Origin: Eledone cirrhosa
Taxonomy: Eukaryota
Direction: 5' to 3'
DNA: 64,000 nt
Assembly: GCA_964016885.1 (NCBI GenBank)
Contig: OZ024743.1
Span: 172,050,001-172,114,000 of the forward strand
A model generated the notes under the pieces. The model was given only the letters and a program-made list of their open reading frames with translations. It was not told the DNA's origin and did not search any database. Within the stretch, counting starts at the first letter, position 1, and every line of letters starts with the position of its first letter. Positions 15,065 through 28,247 of this stretch are shown here, in pieces. The position numbers and the translations under genes are program-made.

Positions 15065-15833
15065 ATTAGCTTGAAAATGGAGAGTGGAGTATGCCCGGCA
15101 AACGATACAGTGAGAATTGAAGGTGAAGAGGTTGAGAGAACGGAGGAACCATCCGAAGCAGACAATGATCTGAATGCTGAAATAAATAATACCTGGAACA
15201 AAGTACGGCCATTGAGGAGATGAATGCTGACGGGCTAGGACAAGATTTGGTTGATATCCTAAACTTAGTGGTAGATGAATTGAACAATGATAGTGGGAAA
15301 TCTATGAACCTAAGATTTGTAGACAGGAAAAAGTTAAAAGAAACAACAGCTAAGGTAAACAAAGTCATCCCATACCTTGAGGCGAGGAGCCTTCACCAGT
15401 GCAACAATATCCTCAAAGCAACAGCAAATGCGGTGTGGAAATTACTTGTCAGAAAAGCGAGAGGAAACAACAAACAAGAAAGATCTGAGCCTTGGTGGAA
15501 GAAACGACTGAGTGGTCAAATCAGGGAAATGAGAAATGACATTGGAAAGCTTGAGTCCCTACTGAATGGGACACTAAAAAACATAGACACTAAAAATAGA
15601 CTGGAAATAAAGTACAAAACTAGGAGGAAAAAGCTAAATATTATCACAGAGGAACTGAAGCAACGCATTGTAGCAAAGAGTGCAAAAATTAGGCGATAAG
15701 AGAGCAGAATCAGTCAGTATAGACAGAACCGCATGTTTGACAACAACCAGAAGATGCTGTTTGGACAGCTTGAGTGGAAAGAAAGAGGCGGAACAAACTA
15801 AAACATTCTGGAGAGGAATATGGGAGCAGGAGG
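15065..15833 (+). mobile_element. Diverged internal fragment of the Dong-like ORF
   Basis: Homologous to about 11340-12137, with stops and deletions. Confidence 0.85.
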
Positions 15834-16308
15834 TTGTTGAGCTAAATTTTAGTCCCATAAAAACGGCTGTTATTTCTAGCGGCACGAGTATAGGACTGGC
15901 TAGGCGCTGAGAAACCATGTGCGTTCAACACTGTTATCTCAGTCCTCCTAAGTATTTTGAGGTGAAACATATCAATTGTGGATACCTGCAGAAGAGCACA
16001 GAAATGGAATTTTCAGTTATCGTTGCGAAACGGATTTGAATTTTGAAATTTAAATTTGTCCAGTTATCACGGCTATTGCCAATATGGGTTTGTTTTTATT
16101 GATTTATTATTTTAAATCGAGACAGGCAAACTGTATTAATTTAATTAGTATTTTTCAGTCTAGCTAACTTGGTCATTTGCAATACAAACACTTATATAAT
16201 TGTATTAGTGTTTATCATATATTAATTTGTATTTCACGGCTCAGAAATATCTCTTTCTTTGAGCTATTTAATTGTAAAAGACTGTTTGAGTTTATAACTC
16301 TATATATA

Positions 16309-16373
<65 letters not shown>

Positions 16374-16759
16374 AACAAAGCATCAACGGGAGAAAGTTTT
16401 CCTTCATCAGTTTTCTGCTGAGAGTCTCGGATATTTCTACGCATTAAAGACAAGATATCTCACCCCAGTGCGTTCAATAAGTAGGTAAGTTATTGGGAAA
16501 ACAAAGGATGGAGAGAAAGAAAGTATAAGCTAACAGAAGGGAAAAGGGAAGAAAAGAGAAAAGAGAAAAACAGCGAAAAAAATCGGGAAACAACAAACCG
16601 AAGAGTTTGTGAGCAACTCGACGAGAGAAAATTAAAGTCAACGACAATTACTGAGCATAAGATCGAGATGGTGCGAACGAGAAAAAAGTCACCACTGACC
16701 ACTGCAAGTGTAACTGAGAAAAAAACTACTAGAGAGACCGGTGAGGGAAACAATGAGGT

Positions 16760-17720
16760 GGCTAAGAAGATAGTGGACCTGATATTACACCAACAAGAGA
16801 GCCCGTCATAACAACTAACGGGATGACGGAGTTCTTTGAGATACTGGCTGGAGTGCTCCAGGGAAATATATTGGCTCCCTTCCTTTTCATCATCGCAGTG
16901 GACTATTGTATGCGTCTTGCACTGGAGAAACACCAGGTCTATGTCTTTACTGTAGCACCGGATCAGAGTAGGAGAGTTAAGGCTAAAAAGATATCAGATG
17001 CTGAATTTGCTGACGACATAAATCTAGTGACAAACATAGCATAGGAGACAGAGGATTGATGCGGGTGGTGGACAATGTGTCGATGAGTGTGAGGCTGAAA
17101 ACGAATTAGAGTAAGACGAAGTATCTGGTAGAAGACATTAAGGAGCCAGAGAAGATTATGAATGTGGGCGGGAAGCCACTAGAATGGGTTGAGGACTTCC
17201 TGTATCTGGGAGTAAAGATTGGTAACACAAAGGATGAGGTGGTGGAGAGGAAGTGCAAAGCCTGGGCGGCGTATCACAGTTTGATGTTGGTGTGGAACTC
17301 GGACCTTCGTAAAGACCTAAATATCCGTCACTTCATCGCTACAGTGGAGTCTGTGCTGCTGTACGGGTCTGAGACTTGGACACTGACCAAGAAACTGACT
17401 CAGATAGTGGATGGGTGCTACACGAGAATGCTGAGTATGACTCTGAGAATAAAGAACTCAGAGCTATACGGGAACCTCCCAAAAGTCAGCTCGAAAATGA
17501 CACAGGGGAGACTGAGGTTAGCTGCACATATTCCATGGGATTTAGAGTTTAAACTGCACTCAGTAGTCCTGTGGGGGACCCTACACGGACACACTGGATG
17601 AGGGAGGGCGAGAGTGACATATGTTGATGCTCTAAGAACAGACACTTGTCTCGAGGAGCTGCGGAACATGGCGGCGATGATGAAGGACAGAGACCGCTGG
17701 AGAACTCGTCTATAGATCTC
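16760..17720 (+). mobile_element. Degenerate RTE-like LINE 3' fragment (RT)
   Basis: GVLQGNILAPFLF, FADDI, FLYLG, VESVLLYGSETWTLT, RLRLAAH. Confidence 0.8.
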
Positions 17721-17727
17721 GGTAATT

Positions 17728-17800
17728 TTACCACAGCTTTAAATCGGGCCGTTTGTATACAAATGAATCGAACATTATTATTAATGTTCGATATAATCCT

Positions 17801-17851
<51 letters not shown>

Positions 17852-18208
17852 ATGTGTTTGTGTGTGTATACGTATGCATTCTTACATTTATGTATCAGTT
17901 GTGCTAGGGCGTGAAATACAATTCTAATTCTATTCTTAATTTTCGGGAAGGCTAGCCGTAACTCACTCGGTATGCAAATTAGGCTACTCAGCTAATGTAT
18001 AATTAAGAAAATACTATATATTTTCAACCGTTCAACACATTGGCAGAGAGGTATACAGTCCTGATGAAGCGTAATGACCCAGAAACTTGTTCATTCTTCC
18101 TCAAAGCCAGTGTTGAATAAACAGGTGACGATCGGTCATCGGCACGGCACAGCTTTATCGGGCCCTTTGTTTCAAACTAATGGAACATTATTATTAATGT
18201 TCAATGTA
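17728..18208 (+). mobile_element. Non-coding HHR-type element (octamer + degenerate HHR), related to 60415-60940
   Basis: Direct repeat 17732-17790 / 18148-18201. ATGCAAAT at 17972 and CTGATGA...GAAAC-TT-GTT at 18061-18091. Alignable to the reverse complement of 60500-60765. Confidence 0.55.
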
Positions 18209-18371
18209 GGGGGTTGGACGCCATGCTTTGCAGCATAGAGTTACGTCCCTTTACGGTCTGAGTTCAAATCTCGCCGAGGTTAACTTTGCCTTTCATCCTT
18301 ACGGGGGTCAATAAATTAAAGTACCAGTAATAGACTGATTTAATTGCTGGTCTTGTGCCAAAAGTAGAAAA
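18208..18371 (+). mobile_element. tRNA-derived SINE (5'-truncated)
   Basis: Same body as 7898-8079, opposite orientation. Confidence 0.85.
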
Positions 18372-18949
18372 GCCTGCTTTCTCAGTTTTTGATCTTCAAA
18401 ATATCTGTTATAAGGTTAAATTATTTTTTCGTTAAACCTTGTGCATGCTAATTTTTTACCCCATTGGTTTGGGTCGCTTTCGTCCTTGTTAAAGGAAGAG
18501 ATACAACTGATTTTTTTGTTATTGCTTGTGTGTAAAAGAAATCTGCGACAAGGGGCGTGACTCTACATTCCTTTAGTATTGAAAAAAGTTATTATGTTGT
18601 AAGTGAGTTCAAATTTGGTTTAAATTTTCTGATAAACATTTCTCTTTATTAATTCGACATTGTTTTGTGATTTCATAACTGCATTTGGACAACAGGAAAA
18701 CATTGAAATTTGGTAGCGTTTTGCCTACGCATTCTTCTACATGTTTGCTTTGTCGAAGTGCCAGCCCCGTCTGCCATACATAATATTCGTGGCGACCTTG
18801 GCAGGTTGTGACATAAATTATTTCTAATTTTGAAGATGGGTAGTTGCACATTACGAAATGGGGTCGGTTGCATCTGTTAACATGAGGTTCTATAATTGTA
18901 GTTTACAACTCTTCCCTTGTCAGCTTTTTGGGGTTTTTTTTAAGAAAGC

Positions 18950-20650
18950 AAAAATCAACGACACGAAAACCCATATTGACACAACACATTCCTAATATTC
19001 AACTTATCAACGAAAACCCCAATATAGACGATATTTAGACAGAAATTTTGAAGAAATGATAATTAGAAGATTTTCAAGACAACCTTCACGATTCCAACAC
19101 ATAAATAAACAAACAAGAAGTAATAATAGACCCCGTACTCGGATGTACCTCAAAAATCTTGGACAAAACTGGAATAATCCCAGGGAAAATAAATGTAAAG
19201 ACAACAATAGGCAGAAATGCAAACTTCAGATAGAATAAACCCATCACAGGGAACTATAGAAATAATCTCAGACTGAACCGAAACCAACTCACAACACATA
19301 AATTTAAGGAACAGAATAACGGATACAATAAGGAAATACACAACAATTACAAAAATTACTAGATACAAGATACTAACAGGAGGAATAATATAGAGGAACC
19401 CTACCCTAATGACTGTTTGTTAGAGATGAATAAGGGGTGTAGGGGAACGGGATGGCCCAAAAGTCATGAAAAACCGAAGATAATCAACCTCTCACAAAAA
19501 TCACTGACACCCACACAAATAGATATCCTAAACAAAGGTTTAAAATTTACACCCACACCTCAAACAACAAATATAGAAGAAATTAAAGGTGATATTTCGG
19601 ACTTCTGTAGAAGACTTAGAGTAGCGAAACATTTTTTGCAGAAGATAATGACAAATCACTAGGAAAAAAAAAAATATTCCAACACGTAAGAGGCAGAAAT
19701 GCAGCCCTGTGTTCAGATCTCAAACTTCCCAATTGATAACCTGAAAACGCCACAAACGAAATCAAACTTCAGCAGACAACAATGGAAACAATTAAACGAC
19801 CTAAAACTGGATTTAAATATTGTTATAAAAGAAGCTGACAAAGGAGGCATAGTTGCCATTATGGACACAAACCATTACACAAACATTATACAGAACATGC
19901 TACGAGACATTGCATACTATTAAGAAACCAAGAAATCCCAACGTCATAAGGTAATGAAACAACTCGCTGATTTACTACATCCATACCGAACCTGTCTAAC
20001 AGACAAGGAATTTGAGTATCTCTCAAATTTTAGAGGTGAATCAAGCAATCTCTATGGACTGCCTAATGTGCATAAACACAAATATTTAATGAAACATGCA
20101 ATATGATGAAAACTGTGTAAATATACCCACATCAATTGACTTTAAAAACTAAGACCCTCATAGCAGGCCGAATTTGTGAGACACATCACCTAAGTAATTT
20201 CCTTGACATCTTATTAAAACCTCTTATCAAACACATGCGGAGTTTCACACGATATGACCTAGAGTTTCTCAACCATCTACCAAATATAGTAAAATAAAAT
20301 ATTTACATAGTTTCAATTGATGTTTTGATCCTATATATTAACATCCCTCACAACTACAGAATCGAAACTATCCCAAACTGGCTAAACACATTCCCTTGTG
20401 ACTGTTTTATTTTTGATGAACGAAGGATTTTTTAAGCATCCGATTCACTATGTAATTTAGCTATGAAAATCTCCCTTTCTTAGACATAATAATAACAAAA
20501 AGCAACACAAAACTAGAAACTGACATATTTTTTATCCACTCATCCAGCTCATACACACACCAACATTCTAATTAACCTAGCTAAGGGAATCGGCACAATA
20601 GTTTCAAACACAACAACAAGGGACCACCGACTAGAAGAGATGAAAGATAT
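18950..20650 (+). mobile_element. Highly degenerate Penelope-like element (Neptune/Penelope-type RT)
   Basis: IINLSQKSLT..LNKGLKFTPTP, IKEADKGG, LYGLP.VHK, FDV..LY.NIPH, PFLDI; many stops and deletions. The clade call is tentative. Confidence 0.75.
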
Positions 20651-20860
20651 ATTCATTTCATTGTTTTAGGATCGATTGTTTCGGAGGGTTGATCATATTG
20701 ACATATTGGCTGATCTATAGCAGTTATATAACTGTATACTATCAGACCTCATATATAGGTTTGATCATACCGTCTTCTTCTCTAACTGCTATAGATCAGT
20801 CAATATATCAATATGATCAACCCTCCGAAACGATCGATCCTAAAACAATGAAATGAATAT
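20648..20860. repeat. Fold-back repeat at the end of the PLE remnant, with an HHR 3' half
   Basis: About 20648-20726 is inverted at about 20783-20860; contains CGAAAC-GATC-GATC. Confidence 0.8.
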
Positions 20861-21036
20861 GTAAAATAACTTGCCTTATTATCATTGCTAAACTAATATC
20901 TAATATAGGAGACTCTGTATCTAAAGGATTGACTCAGCGAAACACGGAACTTATCTCTGGGTCTCACTAGATTAATTGCTAACGGATTACATTAAGTTCT
21001 ATATACAGTATAGACCCTAGCAGAAAAGGTAGACCA

Positions 21037-21088
<52 letters not shown>

Positions 21089-23429
21089 TCTGGTCAGGTC
21101 GCTCTCGAGTACTACTGGTAACATGTAACCCAGTACAACCTGTCTCATGGTCGGGTCGTCGGTGAATGAACCAGCAACCCCACCAAGCTTGCTTGTTAAG
21201 AAGGGTGATACAAGACCCCGCAAAGGTCGGAGGAACTCAGCAGAGTCAACGGCCATCCAAATAGTACTCTTTTTTCACCTGGAAGTGAAGGGACCCCAGT
21301 TGTTGTTACAACACCTTTCTAGGAGAGGGAAACTCTGAAAAAGAACCTGCGGCTTCGGAAGCATCCGATGATTCCCTTGCGGGTAGTGTTTTCGATGCTC
21401 AGAGAGTGGGATTGGTCGTGTGCAAGGCCTTTCCTCACTTAAAAAAACTTTAAAGCAGAGGCATTGCTTGTTCAGGATCTGTTACAGGTTCATGTGGCTG
21501 GCTGTAGCCTAAAAGTAGATAAAACTCTATGATGACAAATGATGACCTTGAAGTCAATGGCAGTAAGGGCTCTGGAACTTATTGTGAAGGGGTTTGGCCC
21601 GGCAAGTGTGCCATGGCAACGCAGCGTGGGCCCGGTCGTCATCCTGCAACTGCAAAGAGGTTCAAACCTCTGAATATTGGATACTTGACTGTAAGAACTT
21701 TACTTGATTCCCAATCTAGTGAAACTCGCCCTGAAAAAGATCTGCTTTAGTGTCGTGGGAACTCAATCACTATAACATGGACATCGTTGCTCTTTCAGAG
21801 ATGAGATTGGCAGATGAGGGTCAATTCTCAGAACAGAAGGCAGGATATACCTTCTATTAGAGTGGTAGAGCAGAGGGTTGTAGGAGCGAGGCAGGGGTCG
21901 CATTTGCAGTCAGGAATGGAATTATCTCAAAGCAGGAACATCTTCCTTGTCGATTCAATGCTCGGATACTGTCCATGAGAGTCCCTCAGATTCAAAACCG
22001 CTTTGTGACTCTGGTCAGTGTGTACGCTCCTACTATGTGTGCCAGTGAGGATGAAAAACTAAGTTACTACATGTCTTTGAGGGAGGTCATCCATGGTATA
22101 CCTTATGCAGACAAGATTGTCATCCTTGGTGATTTTAATGCACGTGTTGGTAATGACTGGGAAGCTGGGAGTGTGATGGGCAAGCATAGATAGGTAAGCG
22201 CAATAACAATGGACTACTTCTGTTGCAGATGTAGGCTGAGATGGATCTTGTTGTTGGGAACACGCTCTTTCAGCAGAAAGACAAATATAAGACATCCAGG
22301 TTCCATGAAGTGGCACCGTATTGACTTTGTTTTAACGAGGAAACGTGATGTCAGGGATATCACATTGGTTCGTGTATTGCGAGGCACGGAATGTTGGACT
22401 GATCATCGTCTGGTGCGCGCCAAATTTCAATTTGTTGTGAAGCCCAAAGTAAGGGGAAAGAAAGTTTCACTTCCAAAGCCACTAATCGAGGCTCGTCTGA
22501 AGACAGAGGAAGTCAGAGCTGAACTGTCGAGTTCCCTAGAGTCCATGGAATGTGAAAACACATGGGAATCATTGAAGAAAACCGTCTATTTTAGGTCATA
22601 CCAATAGAAAGCATAAAGACTGGTTCGATGAAAATGATGCAGTGATCCAGACCTTGCTTGAAGAGAAACAAAAAGTGTTGACATCATTTTTGTGTGAGAC
22701 ACGTTCTGACAGGAGTGACCGGATCTTCAAACAGATCAAGGCACGTGTGCAACATCGATTGAGAGCCATGCAGGTTACCTAGTGGAGAGAAAAGGCTGAG
22801 GAAATCCAGAAGGCCTCAGATAGACATGATACAAAGCTCTTATACAGTCTGCTCAGGTAGGTGTATAGTCCAATCGGTCCACAAATATCACCACTTCACT
22901 CCAGGGACGGCAAGGTATTGCTCAGAAATCCGAAGGAACTTCTGATCAGATGGCATAACCAGTTTGATGAGTTCCTCAACAGACCATCAGAAATCGATGA
23001 TGAGTTAATCCGGTCGATTCCATCCAGACCTACAAAGTAAGCAATGGCTGATCCTCCTTCATTTGATGAGGTGGCGAAGGCCATTGCCAAATTAAAGAGC
23101 GGCAAGTCACATGGAATGGATGGAATTAGTGCCGAGATCTTCAGGTGTGCGGATGATAACATCATAAACCGCCTCACTGATATCTTCGTGAATGTTTGGA
23201 GTGAAGAAGATGTACCACATGACTGGAAAGATGCATTGATGGTGGTACTTTACAAAGGAAAGGGAGCCAAAGATGACTCTGGAAACTACAGAGGTATTTC
23301 ACTGTTATCTGTGGCTGGAAAGATCTTGTACAGGATTTTGTTGGACAGATTGATACGGCATATTGCTATTGAGGTACTTCCTGAGTCACAATGTGGCTTT
23401 AGAAATGGCAGAGGCACTGTTGACATGAG
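21089..23429 (+). mobile_element. RTE-clade LINE: 5' UTR, APE and RT N-terminus, degenerate
   Basis: LNIGYLTVRTL, VSVYAPT, ILGDFNARVG, WHRIDF, TDHRLV, NYRGISLLS, LPESQCGFR.GRGTVDM. Starts at (TA)n. Confidence 0.88.
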
Positions 23430-25205
23430 AGGGGGGCGCACATGCAACCAGGCGCACATGTTATTCAACAGCTGCCCACCGGAATCGGCATCCAGGGACT
23501 CCAGGCACCTCATTGTCAAGCTTGACATGAGGAATGCCTTTAACTGCTCGATGCCTGCCTCAGCCGAGACCCCTCTGCCTACCCGCTGGCCTACCTGTCG
23601 TATGTATCCCCGAGCATTCTCCTTGCTGCTGATACGGTCATACCTTCGGCCACTGGGGTCCAACAGGGCGACCCTTTGGGCCCCCTCCTGTTTGCCCTTG
23701 GTATATTCCACATCACCCGGAGTAGCACGGCCCTTCTCAATGTTTGGTATCTGGATGATGCCACGTTGGGCGGGCGCGTACAGACTGTCTGCTATGACCT
23801 ACAATCGGTGGTTCCTGCCCTAGCGCGAATCGGCCTCCTGGTCAACTCGGCCAAGTCGGAGGTGGTGAATGATAGTCACGATGTTGGGAGCTTTGCGGCC
23901 TCCGTCTCGGACGTGCGGTCCATTCTCCACCGGGTACAGGTAACCCCCAAAGAGGATGTCCTCATCTTCGGGTCACTGATCCACCCGCCGGCCATCCACT
24001 CCACCATCAGGTACAGTCTTCAACAACTCCAGACCTTCACGAGCCGATTGGACTTGATCGACGGTCACCTAGCTCTCTTTCTGTTGAGGAACTGCTTCGC
24101 CATGCCGAAGCTCCTCTATACCCTTCGCAGCGCTCCGTGCTACACCCACACATCTCTCCTCGTTGACCTCGATACTTGTATCCGAGCAGCAGCCGAGGAG
24201 ATATGCAACGTCAGGTTTGACGACATTGGATGACAGCAGGCCACTTTACCCCGATCTCACTGGCTTTGCCGGTGTTTCTTTCATCGGTAACCGCATGCCG
24301 CGTCCTCAGCAGGGTTCTCCAAAACACAATAGAACCCTCTGTGTTCAGAGAACGCGAGGCTGCCTGTCAGACGTGGGACCGGCTGGGACTCAGCCTAGTA
24401 GACGTTCCTCCTCATTCTCCTCCTGCTGACGTCCAGTGTCCTCAAAGCACTTGGGATACCATCCAGTGCAGCCTGGCTTCAGACGGGCTCACGCGCCAGC
24501 TCGACCAGCACCGCCTTGCCTGTTTTCGTGCGGCCTCCAAACTCCACAGTATTTCCTGGCTCCATGCCCTGCCCTCCTTCTCCACTGGCACGCAGCTAGA
24601 CAACAATAGCCTGCGCATCGGTGTTTCTTTGAGGCTCGGCCTCCGGATCTGCGAGTCACACCAATGTCGCTGTCGATCCCCTGTGGACTATTTCGGCCTC
24701 CACCCTCTTTCCTGACGCCACAGGGCCGGCTGCCTTCAACGCCATGCTGCCCTGAACGAGGTCATGAAGCATGGCTTGGACGCTGCAGGCTTCCCTTCCC
24801 AGCTCGAGCCGATGGGACTGGACCGAGGGGACGGTAAAAGGCCAGATGGCATGACCATCTTCCCCTTCCGCGGTGGCAAACCGCTCGTCTGGGGTGCCAC
24901 TTGCACCGACATTTTCTGCAGCAGCAAACTGGTGCAGTTTGCGACTAACCCAGGTTCTGCTGCACGTCGGGCTGGGGAGGCCAAACTCCTCAAATACCGG
25001 TCGCTCTCCGATAGGTTTGCGGTCGTACCCTTGGCAGTGGAGACTTCTGGTGTCCTCGGCCCTAGGGCTACCTCCCTACTCACCACCATAGGCGCTGAGC
25101 TGGCCAGCCGCAGGTCTGAGACCCGCGAGTTGGAGTGGCTTTTCCAGCGCGTCTCTCTTGACGTCCTCAGAGGAAACGCCTTCTCCATTCTGTCTGCCAG
25201 AGCTG
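23430..25205 (+). mobile_element. CRE-clade LINE, 5'-truncated (RT-zinc finger-RLE), degenerate
   Basis: AHATR, KLDMRNAFN, GVQQGDPLGPLLF, WYLDD, C.C....D..G.H, RH, DGKRPDG, PLAVET.G, QRVS...RGNA; GC-rich. Confidence 0.85.
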
Positions 25206-25860
25206 TGGGAAGACAAGCTGATTATACTACGAATTCTGTTGAATAGTCTTAAATACTGTAATCTAGTTATATTGTATTTTCATTTTGAAATCATAAATTC
25301 TTAATCATTCTTTCATTTTTGCTTTCCAACGATTTCAGGTTTAAACTTTTCGTTCTTTCTGTTAACCTATTTCAAAAGAAAATCTATAATAGGATATCAT
25401 TTAATCTCAGATAATTCTTTTTGTTCAAACATTGTATTTTTGTTTTTCGCTGCAACAAATTCCGTTTGCTTAACTTCGTTTTCTCGAAAATCTTAGATAT
25501 ACTGGAATGATAGCAGATACTATGTCATTTGCTTGTCTTCGAAACAATCTTCTGGCTTATAATATTCTCGGTTAATATCTAATATCTACTTTAATTCCAG
25601 TTTTTATACTGCTTTATCACACTGCTTGGTGGTCACTATGGTGTTCTATGCAGGTTAAGACAGAAATAGGATTAACGATTTGTTTGCCGTTATAATTCAT
25701 TTCCTAGTCAGATTAACGGAAAGTAAGACATGACAACAGCCTAAAAGACCTTACCTATAAAACGGAACTCTACAGAAAATGTTTTGTAATTCAAAACTCT
25801 TGTCGAACGTATAAACAAAAGTAGTTTGCCTATATTCTGCTACATGTCAGTGAGACGTTT

Positions 25861-26070
25861 ACAACGGATCGGTGCTATGTCAATGAGTGGGCTATACTGG
25901 ATCAGTTCTAGGTAAATAAGTCAATGCTAAATAAATGATAGAACTACAACGGATCAGTGGTAAATAGATGAGTCTACTATACCGGATCAGTGCTAAATTG
26001 ATCAGTGGACTATACCGGATCAGTGTTAAGTAGATGAATGGAGTACACCATATTAGTGTTAAATAAATGA
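25861..26070. repeat. Degenerate minisatellite of about 33 bp
   Basis: About 6 units resembling ctataccggatcagtgctaaatagatgagtgga. Confidence 0.75.
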
Positions 26071-26529
26071 TTCTATTTTCTTTCAAACACATATAATCTG
26101 ACACTATTTCATTATCCAGTAGGTACTATAGCTTCCCCGGTTTCACAAACTATAACTGTCCTCAGTTTCACAAATATTTTGTCTCTAAAATGGCTTCTGG
26201 GTTGTGTAAACTATTAATTGACAGTCTCAGTAAAGTGCCTCTTTCGAGACAGAGACATAGAAGCTGTTTGATTTGATCCAACAAAACCAGATCAATTATT
26301 ATTTGGATATCATTCTCATATTTCAAATAACTAAAGTAATGGAATCACTTATATGTCCATACTTTTTCAGACATTCAGAACTTTTACTATTCTCAATAAC
26401 TGCCAAAGCAGAATTCGTAGGTGATGAACAGAATGTAAACACCCGGTGAAATGAGGCTGCGACACGGTATCGTTTATGTTTCATCCGACGCAGTAACGGT
26501 TCTGCTAATCCACCTACCGACATAAATAA

Positions 26530-26714
26530 TAGTTTCTACATTTGAAACAAGACTGGCAATTTGAAGGGAAGGGGACCCCAGTGCGATACTGGTGCTTTAT
26601 TTTATCGAGCCGTTAGGACGAATGGCGGGATTTGAACCCAGTACGTAAAGGGCCGTAGCTATATACTGCAAAGCCTGTTGTCCAACGCTCTACTGGTACT
26701 GTAAATCCACCGCC
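26530..26714 (-). mobile_element. tRNA-derived SINE (diverged)
   Basis: gggatttgaacc...atccaccgcc head shared with the other copies. Confidence 0.8.
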
Positions 26715-26736
26715 CTCCAATATGAATAAATAAAGA

Positions 26737-26878
26737 TAGAGCGTCGGACAACATGCTTTGGGGCATTCATTTTACGTTCTGAGTTCAAATTCTGCTGAGG
26801 TTAGCTTTGCCTTTCATCCTTAATCGACCTGTCTCTCCTCAAAAATTGTTCACCTTGTGTCTAAATCAGAAACCATAA
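26737..26878 (+). mobile_element. tRNA-derived SINE (diverged), head-to-head with the previous copy
   Basis: GAGTTCAAATTC B box followed by tttgcctttcatcc. Confidence 0.75.
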
Positions 26879-28247
26879 TCAAAAATTATGTAGAGATCTT
26901 TAGATTGAAATTAACGTATGGCAAAAAATTAAATATGCTAGAAATATATGTATATCTGTCCGGAGGTGTGACTGTTAGGAATTAGTTATCGCAGGTAACA
27001 ATATTTAATAAAATATATTTTATGTTTTCCGTGCTTACACCATCCACATCATTAACAAATTATCTAACAATCAAATATATATACATAAAATGTTTTAATT
27101 GTATCTTATATGTAATACAAGTTCGTTCACTTTATATATCATTATTTAAATACTTACACAAACATATTGATAATACTACATACTACAATAAAATGTTATT
27201 AAACAAATATTAAAATGATACTATCTATTTTTGAAGCAAAAAGATAGTAAAATTTAACTTTGTGTTTGAACGTTGACATAAAGATGAGAACGTTATTATC
27301 AATACTAGCAGAAAAATCACCCTTCGGGTGGTTTTCTGCTAGCATGTGTAGTGTGTATATTGATATTATACGCAAGTATATATACATGTAGATATGATAC
27401 ATCAAATAAAATCGTAATTGACAATATATAATACATAGAAATTGAGCGAAGACTACGTTACACTGTCTTATGTAATCAGTAACGTAATCCATGATACATT
27501 AAAAAAAGACTATATTATATATAAACTGCATCAGGAGAAAATTAGTGACAGAAAATTAGTATGTTTATTTAAGCGATCGCCAACCGGAAGTGTTGACATT
27601 TCAGAAACTTTAAAGAAGTAAATCTTTAAATAAACAAAATATATTTAATCAATAGCCACGAAATTTATTAGATAAATTATGTAATAGTCATTCATTATTT
27701 ATTCAAAGTAATCCAACTTATTTTACTAATGGGATAAACAATTATAAACCGTACGCAGTCCCACGCTCCTCCCTGTATTATAGTTTAGATTCGAAGATAG
27801 TAATTTCTAACATTTCTTGCTAAATTTAATATCCTTGCTGAAATTTTGAGTACTATCCTCTCACAACATCATATATTATAATTAATATAAAATCTGCAAA
27901 TACGGAATTTAAATCTCCTATGTTGTATCAACATCTTAATACCCCTCAAAATCGAACTAGAATAATATTAACGGCCTTACGCAATGAAGGAAGTGGGTAC
28001 ATATACAGAGGTAAATAAATAAACAAACACACGTGCTTTCTTTTCCAAAACACTCGATATATTTAAATCTGAAACATGATTGACTCTAGCTACACATATT
28101 CCATACAACTATAAATAATTCTTTAATAATATCTTTACTCGTGATTTTCTCGGGATTTCATTACAGAAAATCTACATCTTATCATGAATCGAAACTGTTA
28201 AATATCTCGCAAAACACACCATAAACTAACTATAATCAAACTGATTA

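Noticed and set aside
21089-21260. HDV-like ribozyme at the RTE 5' end
   Set aside because: Hairpins are present, but I could not assemble the nested double pseudoknot by eye.
23044-23823. 259-aa ORF as a functional chimeric RT
   Set aside because: After the junction it runs mostly off-frame relative to the CRE RT motifs, and both parents are decayed.
25861-26070. CRISPR-like periodicity
   Set aside because: Whole units are degenerate tandem copies with no unique spacers, there are no cas genes, and the context is eukaryotic.
26323-26523. 66-aa ORF as a possible host exon
   Set aside because: No recognisable domain, no partner exons, and it starts next to a SINE tail.
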